This document shows, piece by piece, positions 16,654 to 24,776 of a stretch of DNA of 35,764 nt. Within the stretch, counting starts at the first letter, position 1; every line of letters starts with the position of its first letter. Source of the stretch: Candidatus Eiseniibacteriota bacterium (GTDB taxonomy: Bacteria; Eisenbacteria; RBG-16-71-46); NCBI GenBank assembly GCA_031364845.1, contig JANLWX010000143.1:1-35764 (forward strand), in the 5' to 3' direction. The position numbers and the translations under genes are program-made. The notes under the pieces are model-generated. The model made no database searches and was not told the origin of the DNA. It worked only from the letters and a program-made list of their open reading frames with translations.

Positions 16654-17811
16654 CTAACTCCGCTTCGTCGCTCCTTCGATCGCTCGAAGCACAGGGCGGG
16701 CAAGGTACAATCGGCCCCAGGAGCGGCCCGTGACTTCGGTCAACAGCTTTGCGTCCTGCATACGAACGACAATCTGCCGGGCGGTCGGGTTCGAAACCTC
16801 GAGGACAGTCTGCGCGTGAGCCACTGTGATGTAGGGATTCAGGAACAATTCGTCGAGCAGAATTAATGCCCTGGCATTCTCGCGAAACTCCTTGCGCCAT
16901 CGCTCCCGCAGTTCCATCAGCCGGCTGGACCGTTCGACGGCCTCGACTGCCGTCTCTTTGACACCAGTCAAGAAGAACTGAATCCATTGAGTCCACTCGC
17001 CATGAGTTCGGCAGCGCTGGAGCAAGTCATAGTAATCCTGTCGATGTGCCTCGATGAACGCAGACAGGTAGAGCAGAGGTTGGGGCAGGCGTTTGCGCTC
17101 GACCAGGAACAATGTAATGAGCAGGCGGCCGACGCGGCCGTTGCCGTCGAGGAACGGATGAATGGCCTCGAAATGCTCGTGCATCAACGCGCACTGAACG
17201 AGATCCGGGAGTTTTCCGCGCACATGAAGAAAGCTCTCCCATTCGGCCAGTACTCCGGGCAACTCGTCGGCAGGAGGCGGCACGTAGGCCGCGGACGATG
17301 GATTGCTCCCGGATGCGCCGATCCAGTTCTGCGAACGGCGAAACTCACCCGGCGTCGCGTGTGCGCCGCGGGCGCCTTGCATCAGACGTTGATGCAACTC
17401 GCGGACGAGGCGCAGCGATAGCGGCAACCTGGTCAGACGCTTCACGCCGTACTCCATGGCGACGACGTAGTTTCTCACTTCTTGAACGTCGCTGTTGACG
17501 CTCTTCGCGGCATCCGCCTCCGCCATTTCGTCCATCAGAACGTCGGCCAGACTCGCTCGCATGCCTTCGATGCGGGACGAGAGCACGGCTTCACGCCTCA
17601 AATAGGGAGCAATCAGCAGGCGCGGATTCGGTAGGTGCCGCCCGAGGCCGGCGAGTTCGGAGAGTGCGCTGTCCGTTTCGGAGAGCAGGCGCACGAACGC
17701 TTCGTCATAGCTGAGCCGTGGCGGGAGTGCCGCGGGGATGAACGCGTCGTATCCTTGAGCCGTTCGTACCACCCGACCGGTTTCGGGATTCTTGAAGTCC
17801 TTGCGGTCCAT
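16654..17811 (-). CDS. Fic family protein (class II-type, with probable C-terminal HTH)
   Basis: Canonical 'HPFLDGNGRVGR' Fic motif; N-terminal inhibitory-helix motif 'SSRIEG'; C-terminal 'ITVAHAQTVLEVSNPTARQIV' HTH-like. Confidence 0.92.
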   Translation of the reverse strand: MDRKDFKNPETGRVVRTAQGYDAFIPAALPPRLSYDEAFVRLLSETDSALSELAGLGRHLPNPRLLIAPYLRREAVLSSRIEGMRASLADVLMDEMAEADAAKSVNSDVQEVRNYVVAMEYGVKRLTRLPLSLRLVRELHQRLMQGARGAHATPGEFRRSQNWIGASGSNPSSAAYVPPPADELPGVLAEWESFLHVRGKLPDLVQCALMHEHFEAIHPFLDGNGRVGRLLITLFLVERKRLPQPLLYLSAFIEAHRQDYYDLLQRCRTHGEWTQWIQFFLTGVKETAVEAVERSSRLMELRERWRKEFRENARALILLDELFLNPYITVAHAQTVLEVSNPTARQIVVRMQDAKLLTEVTGRSWGRLYLARPVLRAIEGATKRS

Positions 17812-17840
17812 GAGCTTGAGCCCCCTGTGAGTGTCTGATC

Positions 17841-17918
17841 TTTCAAACCTCGGGGCGGGTTTGAAAATATTTCAGCATATTGTTTCAAAGCTCATCTCGC
17901 TTTGCAAGAAAGCTTTCT
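17841..17918. promoter_or_regulatory. Tandem palindromic operator-like sites upstream of the Fic gene
   Basis: TTTCAAACC-N8-GGTTTGAAA (17841-17866, perfect), TTTCAAAGC-N7-GCTTTGCAA (17883-17907, one mismatch), AGAAAGCTTTCT (17907-17918), all in an AT-rich patch. Confidence 0.65.
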
Positions 17919-17922
17919 GTGA

Positions 17923-18099
17923 CAATGGGACACGCAGTACGACCCGGCGCAGGATCTGGCGCGGGTCGACATGCGCGGGTCGACGCTCGATGTTCCAGTC
18001 GAGCGCTTCACCATCGGTATCGACAGCGGCACTACGGGCAGCACGCTGTGGTGGACATGGGATCGCACGCGCGCTTCCGTCGAAGTGTCGCAGCAGTAG
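17923..18099 (+). pseudogene. 3' remnant of a DUF2911-family gene
   Basis: Translates to QWDTQYDPAQDLARVDMRGSTLDVPVERFTIGIDSGTTGSTLWWTWDRTRASVEVSQQ*, like the DUF2911 C-terminus. An in-frame TGA at 17920-17922 precedes it and the 5' part is missing. Confidence 0.7.
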
Positions 18100-18138
18100 A
18101 GTCTGCCGCGACACCTGCATCGCAGTCCGGCATGAAGC

Positions 18139-19167
18139 TCACGGACAGATGTGCGCCGGAGTCGCGCTGTTCCGCGGCGTCGGCGGGCCCGCAATGAAGT
18201 CGGTCGCATTGTCATTCATGTCGCGGCAGCCCTGGTCCATTCGAATCGCGGACAAGAAACTGCTGAGCTGCGGTGCAGGCCCCGATCCTTCGAAACAACC
18301 GCCGATACCGTAGGACATCAGATCGACGAGTTGAGGACTCGCGGGCGGTGGGCACAGACTCGAAATTTGCGCCGTGTTGGACAGCAACGCGACCTTGCCT
18401 TGCGCGGTCGTCAGGTTTCCCGGCATCACGTGGTCCGGCGTCGGCATCGGCACGCCGCCCGAACCGCCACCGAGTTGAATCAGAAAATAGCCGTGCGGCG
18501 CGATGGTCTTGCCGCCGAGGCCCACGAACTGCCAGCCCGTAGAACCCGCCGGCGCGAATTGCACAGAATAGTTGTTGAGCGACTGCGCCACGCTGGTGGG
18601 ATTGTAGAGCACGATGAAGTCGTTATCGTACGTGCCGCTGCCTTGGCCGCCCCCGCCATAGACCTCGGCGATCACGATGTGCGTGGGTCCGGTCGGCGGC
18701 GTGGCCGCCGTCGCTTCGTTCGACGTGGCCGAATTGCCGGACTCATCGGTGACCCGAAGCACGAACGAGTAGGTGAGCCCGGGATCGAGCGGCACATCGA
18801 TGGATTCGGCACTGCCCGGCGGCTGCGGCGGCGGAAGGACCACGGGCGTCATCGATTCGAACGCAACTCCTGAAGACGTCGCGTAGCGGAGATCGTGTGC
18901 GGCAACCGTCCCCGACATATCGTCGTCTCCGACCGCGGTCCAACTCAAGCGAACCGTGTGACCGTCCAGGGCATTCGCGACAATCGTCGGCGTCGCCGGG
19001 TGGGTCGTGTCGGCCAGCACGAATGTGATGCTGTCGATCTCCGACGTTCTAAACTTCGTGATCTCACCATTGGAATGCACCCACATCTCCCAGACCTGCG
19101 CGTGAGCGATACCTGCACCGAAGGCCAGGCAGACCAGCACGAGCAGCAGTGACAATCCTGTGCGCAT
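18139..19167 (-). CDS. Secreted protein: short N-terminal beta motif + Fn3-like domain + lamin tail domain (LTD)
   Basis: Signal peptide (AHA-Q); Fn3-like 'VRLSWTAVGDD...YSFVLRVTDESGNS'; LTD 'IVIAEVYGGGG...NDFIVLYNPT'. Confidence 0.82.
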   Translation of the reverse strand: MRTGLSLLLVLVCLAFGAGIAHAQVWEMWVHSNGEITKFRTSEIDSITFVLADTTHPATPTIVANALDGHTVRLSWTAVGDDDMSGTVAAHDLRYATSSGVAFESMTPVVLPPPQPPGSAESIDVPLDPGLTYSFVLRVTDESGNSATSNEATAATPPTGPTHIVIAEVYGGGGQGSGTYDNDFIVLYNPTSVAQSLNNYSVQFAPAGSTGWQFVGLGGKTIAPHGYFLIQLGGGSGGVPMPTPDHVMPGNLTTAQGKVALLSNTAQISSLCPPPASPQLVDLMSYGIGGCFEGSGPAPQLSSFLSAIRMDQGCRDMNDNATDFIAGPPTPRNSATPAHICP

Positions 19168-19223
19168 GATTTCTCTCCCTGACGTGTGCGGCCGAGCTGG
19201 AGTGGTGTGACCCGCCTTGAGGC

Positions 19224-19805
19224 TCATGGCATCACCACCACGCGGCGCGACTGATCGGCACCGATGCCCTTGAGCCGATAGAAGTAGACGCCGGCGCTCG
19301 CACGCCGGCCATGAGCGTCGGCGCCGTCCCAATCGATCTCGTGGCGTCCGGCGGCGAGGTCCTTGTCGACGAGCGTGCGGATGCGGCGGCCGGAGACTTC
19401 GTAGATCTCGAGCGCGACGCGACCGCGGACCGCCAGATCGAAACGGATGCGCGTCCCGCGGGTCGTCGGATTCGGAAGACTCTGATGCAATCGGACGGTG
19501 CCGAACGGCCCCACAGCCGGGCCGGGATTCACGGACGTGACCGCGGTTTCGGTTCGAAGCGAGCGCAGAGACGTGAACGGATGCGTCGCGTTCGCGCCGG
19601 ACCGCAGGTCAACGATCAGATCGGTTCCGTCGAAGTGCAGCTTTTGGATTTCCGGGAGCAGGTAGCTCGTGCTCGAACCGTCTGTGTTGCGAAGCTCGAG
19701 ATGGACCGGGGGCGGATCGGCAGAGGCCACCGGTGGTACGGCAAAGGCGGCGCCCACGATCGCGGCACTCAACATGACCTGCTGGAAGATCATCGAACGA
19801 TTCAT
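19224..19805 (-). CDS. Small secreted protein with C-terminal FlgD Ig-like / T9SS-type sorting domain
   Basis: GGAGG SD and signal peptide; 'LHQSLPNP...IYEVSGRRIRTL...WDG..AHGRRASAGVYFYRL'. Confidence 0.82.
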   Translation of the reverse strand: MNRSMIFQQVMLSAAIVGAAFAVPPVASADPPPVHLELRNTDGSSTSYLLPEIQKLHFDGTDLIVDLRSGANATHPFTSLRSLRTETAVTSVNPGPAVGPFGTVRLHQSLPNPTTRGTRIRFDLAVRGRVALEIYEVSGRRIRTLVDKDLAAGRHEIDWDGADAHGRRASAGVYFYRLKGIGADQSRRVVVMP

Positions 19806-19876
19806 CGGGGCACCTCCTGAGACGGCCGGGAGCGCGCATGATAGTACGAGTTGCCCCGGGATCGGCAGGAGTTTTC

Positions 19877-22582
19877 CTACTCGTATCGCAGCGCCTCGGT
19901 CGGCGCGATGCGGGACGCCTTGTGCGCCGGCACGTAGGCCGCGAGCATGGTCACGAGGAACATCGTGGGCACAACGATCACGTACGCAAGAACGTCGACT
20001 CCGCCGGAATTGAACAGCATCGAGTTCATGAGCCGCTCGACCGCAAACCCCATCGCGAGCCCGATGCAGGTTCCGACCCCCACCAGCACCAACCCCTTGC
20101 CCATCACGAGCCGCAGCACGTCCCGGGGTGCGGCACCCAGCGCCATGCGAATGCCGATCTCGCGGGTTCTGCGGCTCACGTTGTACGCGACCAGCCCGTA
20201 CAACCCAGCGATCGCCAATAACAGCGCCATGGCGCCCATCGTTCCCGCCATGTTGATGGCGATTGCGGGACCTTCGACCGCAGCGTATCGATAGACTTCT
20301 TCGTAGGTGCGCGTCACGAGCATCGGAAGATTGGGATCGAGGCTCCGGACCACCGATTTCAGCGGTTCGAGCACTTCCAGCGGATCTCCGCTCGAGCGCA
20401 ACAGCAATGTCATGCGCGGAATCGGACGCTGAGCGAGCGGCAGGTACACGAAGTCGATCGGCTTGTCGCTGGTATCGCGATACTTGATGGTCTGGGCGAC
20501 CCCGACGACCTCGACCGGCGCGCCCGCCTGGCCATCGAGGCGGAAGCGCTTGCCCACCGGATCGGCGCCCGGCCAGTAGTGCTTCGCGAAATGCTCGTTG
20601 ACGATGGCGACCCGCAGCGCATCCTGGGTGTCGGACGCGAGGAACGCGCGGCCCCGCACGATCGGGATGCCCATGGTCGCGAAGTAGCCTTCGTCGATCG
20701 TGTCCACGGCTGAGGTAAACGTTTCGCGATCGGGCGACATCTGATGACCCTCGGGCACGAAGGCGATGGCATCGAAGTCGTCGAGGCCGAGCGGAGGATT
20801 CTGCGTGACCGACGCGTTCACGACACCCGGCGCCTGGCGCGCTCGTTCGGTGAGCAGTTCGTAGAACCGCTGCGTGCGAGCCGCGTCATATTGCATGAGA
20901 CGCGGATCGAAGCTCGCCATGAGCACGTGATCCCGGGCGACCTTCGTGAAGCCGGTGCCGTCGACCAGTCCGTGCTGGAACCCTCGGAACATCAGGAACG
21001 AAGCGGTGAGCAGCATCAGTGAGATCGCCACCTGCGCGACGACCAGCACGTTCCTCCCCCACAACCGCAGGCGTCCGGGTGCATCCACGTCCGCCGACTT
21101 GAGCCCCTTCACGAGATCCGTGCCCGTGCTTTGCAGCGCCGGTGCGAGACCGCAGAGAAACGCGCTCGCCACGGACAGCGAGAAACACGCGAACATGATG
21201 CGCGCGTCCATGCGGAATGGGATCGTGACGGGCAATGTCGTGGGAATGCTGAATTGCCGGAACATCTCGATACAGACGTATCCGACGCCGATCCCCGCGA
21301 CCCCGCCGAGAAGCGCGAGCATCAGGCTCTCGGTCAGCAGCATACGGATCAAGCGGAACTGCCCGGCGCCCAGGGCCAGCCGTACGGCGATCTCGCGGGT
21401 TCGCGTGCCCGCCCGGCTCAGCAGCAGCCCCGCCACATTCGTGCACGCGACCAGCAGCACGCCGAGTGCGAGAATCGAGAACACCACGCCGAACTTCCAA
21501 TTGGGATCATCGCCGCGCGTCCGCATGTCGAGCTGAGTGCGGACCGCCGCGCCGCGGTTGCGATTGAGCGCGGGATGTTCGCGCGCGAAGTCGCGGGCGA
21601 TCACCGCGATCTCGCTCCGTGCCTGGTCGAGCGACGTGCCCGGCCCGAGTCGCGCCTTCACGCTCAGCACGCGCTCGTCGCGATCCTCGAAGAAGTTCCT
21701 GTTCGGGTTGGTCGAGATGACCCTCGCCATCGCGAGCGGCATGTAGAAGTCGGGCCGCGCGAAGATCTGCATGCCCGGGAACGATTCGGGCGTCACACCG
21801 ATGACGGTGAAGTCGGTGCCATTGAGGCGCACGGTCCTGCCGATGACCGCGGCGTCGCCGGCGAATTCGTTCTTCCAGAAGTCCCACGCAAGCACGACCA
21901 CCGCATCGCGACCCGGAACTTCGTCTTCGTCCTTTCGAAAACCCCGCCCGACCTTCGGCTCGACACCGAGCACCTGAAAGTAGTTGCCCGACACCATCAG
22001 CCCGGCCTTGACCCGCGGAGTCGCTGCACCGTCGACACTGAAGCCGACCGGCGAGAAGGCGCCGTTGGCGATCACTCCGTCGTAGCTCTTCGCGGTTCCG
22101 CGGATATCCTGATATTCGCGATAAGAGAACGAGTCGAAGCTGTTGTCGCGCGAGGTGCTCACGAGCGTCACCACAGTGTTCGGAAGCGGCACCGGATACG
22201 GCCTCAGGATCAGCGCATCCACCATGCTGAAGCTGGCCGCGGTCATCCCGATCCCCAGCGCGAGCGTGATCACGACGAATGCCGTCAGCGCGAACGAGCG
22301 GCGCAGGCTGCGGATCGCGTAGCGGGTGTCGTCGGTGAAATCCGTCAGCCAGTTCACCCGTCGCATGTCACGCATCTCCTCTTTCTGCTGTTCGAGTCCA
22401 TCCATCGCGCGGAGCGCCTCGTAGCGCGCTTCATCCGGCGACAACCCGCTCGCGATGCCCTCCTCGATCTTCTGCTCGAGGTGGAACTGAAGCTCTTCAT
22501 CGAGCTCGCGCTCCAACTGGCCGCGCCGCAACATCGATCGCAACCGCAGGGGAACCGTGAACCACCAGTGTTCCAGCCGCAT
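19877..22582 (-). CDS. ADOP-family duplicated ABC permease (2x MacB-PCD/FtsX)
   Basis: N-terminal 'ELDEELQFHLE' prefix domain, 'TLALGIG', 'LLVACTNVAGLLLSR', 'RTREIAVRLALGA' and a second 'RRTREIGIRMALGA', terminal 'ALRYE'. Confidence 0.92.
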   Translation of the reverse strand: MRLEHWWFTVPLRLRSMLRRGQLERELDEELQFHLEQKIEEGIASGLSPDEARYEALRAMDGLEQQKEEMRDMRRVNWLTDFTDDTRYAIRSLRRSFALTAFVVITLALGIGMTAASFSMVDALILRPYPVPLPNTVVTLVSTSRDNSFDSFSYREYQDIRGTAKSYDGVIANGAFSPVGFSVDGAATPRVKAGLMVSGNYFQVLGVEPKVGRGFRKDEDEVPGRDAVVVLAWDFWKNEFAGDAAVIGRTVRLNGTDFTVIGVTPESFPGMQIFARPDFYMPLAMARVISTNPNRNFFEDRDERVLSVKARLGPGTSLDQARSEIAVIARDFAREHPALNRNRGAAVRTQLDMRTRGDDPNWKFGVVFSILALGVLLVACTNVAGLLLSRAGTRTREIAVRLALGAGQFRLIRMLLTESLMLALLGGVAGIGVGYVCIEMFRQFSIPTTLPVTIPFRMDARIMFACFSLSVASAFLCGLAPALQSTGTDLVKGLKSADVDAPGRLRLWGRNVLVVAQVAISLMLLTASFLMFRGFQHGLVDGTGFTKVARDHVLMASFDPRLMQYDAARTQRFYELLTERARQAPGVVNASVTQNPPLGLDDFDAIAFVPEGHQMSPDRETFTSAVDTIDEGYFATMGIPIVRGRAFLASDTQDALRVAIVNEHFAKHYWPGADPVGKRFRLDGQAGAPVEVVGVAQTIKYRDTSDKPIDFVYLPLAQRPIPRMTLLLRSSGDPLEVLEPLKSVVRSLDPNLPMLVTRTYEEVYRYAAVEGPAIAINMAGTMGAMALLLAIAGLYGLVAYNVSRRTREIGIRMALGAAPRDVLRLVMGKGLVLVGVGTCIGLAMGFAVERLMNSMLFNSGGVDVLAYVIVVPTMFLVTMLAAYVPAHKASRIAPTEALRYE

Positions 22583-22586
22583 GGCT

Positions 22587-22922
22587 CTAAGCCTCGGAGA
22601 GACGCACAACGCGCGTGATGGCCGACGACAGCAGGTGCCAGCTCGCCGCTTCCGATTCGAGCTGCTTTCGACCCAGACGCGTGAGCGAATAGAACTTTGC
22701 CCGCCGGTTGTTCTCGGTCTGCTTCCACTCGGCGGTGATCCAGCCCTCCTGCTCGAGCTTGTGCAGGGCCGGGTAGAGTGAGCCTTCGCTCACTTGAAGC
22801 ACATCGCCCGAGATCGTTTTCAGGCGACGGCTGATCGCCCACCCGTGCAACGGCTCGAGCGCGAGAATCTTCAGAAGCAGAAGGTCCAGAGTTCCCTGGA
22901 CGAGATCGTTGGGTTTGCTCAT
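22587..22922 (-). CDS. PadR family transcriptional regulator (Acidobacterial type)
   Basis: 'LVQGTLDLLLLK', 'LHGWAI', 'GSLYPALHKLE', 'ENNRRAKFY'; stop lies 4 nt upstream of the permease start. Confidence 0.92.
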   Translation of the reverse strand: MSKPNDLVQGTLDLLLLKILALEPLHGWAISRRLKTISGDVLQVSEGSLYPALHKLEQEGWITAEWKQTENNRRAKFYSLTRLGRKQLESEAASWHLLSSAITRVVRLSEA

Positions 22923-22929
22923 ATCGGTT

Positions 22930-22973
22930 TCCTAGGGGAAGAGTAGGACGGCTCCCCTCGGTAAGCAAGGGGA
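22930..22973 (-). promoter_or_regulatory. padR promoter overlapped by two palindromes (likely PadR operators)
   Basis: Minus strand TTGCTT-N17-TACTCT (22968-22940). Palindromes TCCTA-N9-TAGGA (22930-22948) and TCCCCT-N9-AGGGGA (22953-22973). Confidence 0.65.
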
Positions 22974-23135
22974 AAAGTGGGCGACGCGTGGTAAGCGAGG
23001 CGTCCCTGCGCCGGCGTCCACCGGTTCTCCGCGCTCGAGTTCCTCGCGTCCTGTCCACCGCCCCGCACGCATCCGCGCGTCAGCTGGGTCTCGTAGTGCC
23101 TTGCAGACGCGCGACACCGTCGCATATTTTGCAGC

Positions 23136-23228
23136 ATGTGGAGCCTGCGAGACATCGAGATCCAGCTGCAGCGGTCGGCCCAGACATTGACGAAGAGCAG
23201 TACGCGCCCGCCAGGAGTGTCTGCATGA
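23136..23228 (+). CDS. Putative 30-aa leaderless small ORF
   Basis: TTGCAG-N18-TATTTT-5nt-ATG; MWSLRDIEIQLQRSAQTLTKSSTRPPGVSA*. Its TGA overlaps the ATG of the SEC-C gene (ATGA). Confidence 0.35.
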   Translation: MWSLRDIEIQLQRSAQTLTKSSTRPPGVSA

Positions 23229-24643
23229 CGGTGAGTCGAGGGGCGCCCTGCCCCTGCGGAAGCGGCAAGAAGCACAAGAACTGCTGCCAGCGCACCCAGC
23301 GGCGTGAAGTGGCGCGTTCCCAGGAGCACCAAGGCGCGCTGGAGCGGGCGATCGCGTGGTTGGAGAACCGCCATCCACGAGCGCTGACCGCCGCGATCGA
23401 GCTCGGCTTTCTTCAGAGCCTCGACATCGAATCGCGCGAAGTGTTGCGCGATCTGCCATTCGAGCTGCTCCAGATGATCCAGATCAACGCGCTGGACTGG
23501 CTGTTGGCCGACGGCGAGATCGAGATCTCCCGAGGCGGAAAGACGCAGAGGCTCCTGGTCAAGGATCTGTTGCTGGGACCCGGCGGGCCGCTGTTGTTGA
23601 CCCCTCAGCGCGTCTATCTGGAGGAGCTGGTCAGCCGTCCGCTCCGGATCTTCGAGGTTCTCGAATCGCGGCCGGGCGATGGCTTTCTTCTCCAGGACGT
23701 GTTCTCGTCGGAGACCGGACCGATCCCCGTTCAGGAGCGATCGGGCTCGAAGCAACTCGTGCAGTGGGATCTCTTTGGCGCCCGCCCGGTGCGGGTGCAG
23801 GACCATTGGGAATTATCCGGCTCCATTTACAGTCTCGGTGACGGAGCGCGCGACCTGGTGAGCGACATCCGCGAAGCGCTTGCCAAGCTGGACGCCGAAG
23901 CCGGCGGGGACCGTGCGCATTCCCAGAGCTTCCTCACCAGGACGATCGTGGCGAGTTGGCTCACGATCCTGACGGTGCGCAGGCCACCGCCAATGCTTGT
24001 GGATCAAGGCAGCGGGGATCCGTTGATGCTCGTCACCGATCACTACGACGTGCTCGATTGGGACGCACTCGCCAGCCGGCTCGAGGCGGAGCCGGATGTC
24101 GAAGGTAAGCGCACCGAGGGTTGGACCCGTTTCTTGGAACTTGGTAACGACATGCGTCGCTCGCGCCTCGCGATCAACCTCGGCAAGGCGACGGATCGCA
24201 TCGAGCCCTTCGCCCGGACCCTCAAGCTCGCTGACGAGGGGCGCGCGTGGCTGGAGCGCGTGGCGGGCGACTCGATCCGGTTCGTGATCCGCGACATCGT
24301 GGATCCGAGGAGCCTGGCTGAGCGTGGAGGGGGACCGCCTCGGCCAACCGAGAACTCCATGAAGTCCCAGCTCTCGCCCGAGGCGTTGACTCGGCTGTAT
24401 CAGCAGTTCGCGGAGAAGCACTACCGGCAGTGGGCCGAAGAGAAGATTCCGGCACTGGGCGACCGAACACCTCGCGAAGCCGTCGCGACCCCCTCCGGAA
24501 AATCGTCGCTGGTTGGACTGCTCAAGGACTATGAGTCGATGGAGTCCAGGCGAGCGCGGGTGGAGGGTCGCGACCCGGTCGACTTTGAGTTCCTATGGGC
24601 GCAGGTGGGATTGGATCGGAATCGAGACCTGGCTGGGAGGTGA
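23225..24643 (+). CDS. SEC-C metal-binding motif protein with C-terminal MbcA/ParS/Xre antitoxin-like domain
   Basis: AGGAG SD; N-terminal 'CPCGSGKKHKNCC'; C-terminal 'WAEEKIPALGDRTPREAV'. Confidence 0.8.
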   Translation: MTVSRGAPCPCGSGKKHKNCCQRTQRREVARSQEHQGALERAIAWLENRHPRALTAAIELGFLQSLDIESREVLRDLPFELLQMIQINALDWLLADGEIEISRGGKTQRLLVKDLLLGPGGPLLLTPQRVYLEELVSRPLRIFEVLESRPGDGFLLQDVFSSETGPIPVQERSGSKQLVQWDLFGARPVRVQDHWELSGSIYSLGDGARDLVSDIREALAKLDAEAGGDRAHSQSFLTRTIVASWLTILTVRRPPPMLVDQGSGDPLMLVTDHYDVLDWDALASRLEAEPDVEGKRTEGWTRFLELGNDMRRSRLAINLGKATDRIEPFARTLKLADEGRAWLERVAGDSIRFVIRDIVDPRSLAERGGGPPRPTENSMKSQLSPEALTRLYQQFAEKHYRQWAEEKIPALGDRTPREAVATPSGKSSLVGLLKDYESMESRRARVEGRDPVDFEFLWAQVGLDRNRDLAGR

Positions 24644-24776
24644 GATTGCCGCGTGCTCTCCGATTGCGGAGAGTTGCCGACTCTCGTCCGGGATGAGTCC
24701 GCGGAGTACCCGCCCATGGGCCTGGGACCAGCGTGCCGGTCAACGCATCATGTGCTCGTTCGCCGATCCCTGATGA

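Noticed and set aside
21131..22618. 495-aa plus-strand ORF and many similar Arg/Ala-rich ORFs across the window
   Set aside because: They are antisense or alternative frames of well-supported genes with no recognisable motifs, as expected at this GC content.
22981..23120. Minus-strand peptide 'CKALRDPAD...EELERGEPV' vaguely resembling a kinase C-lobe remnant
   Set aside because: Similarity is too short and weak to support without a search.
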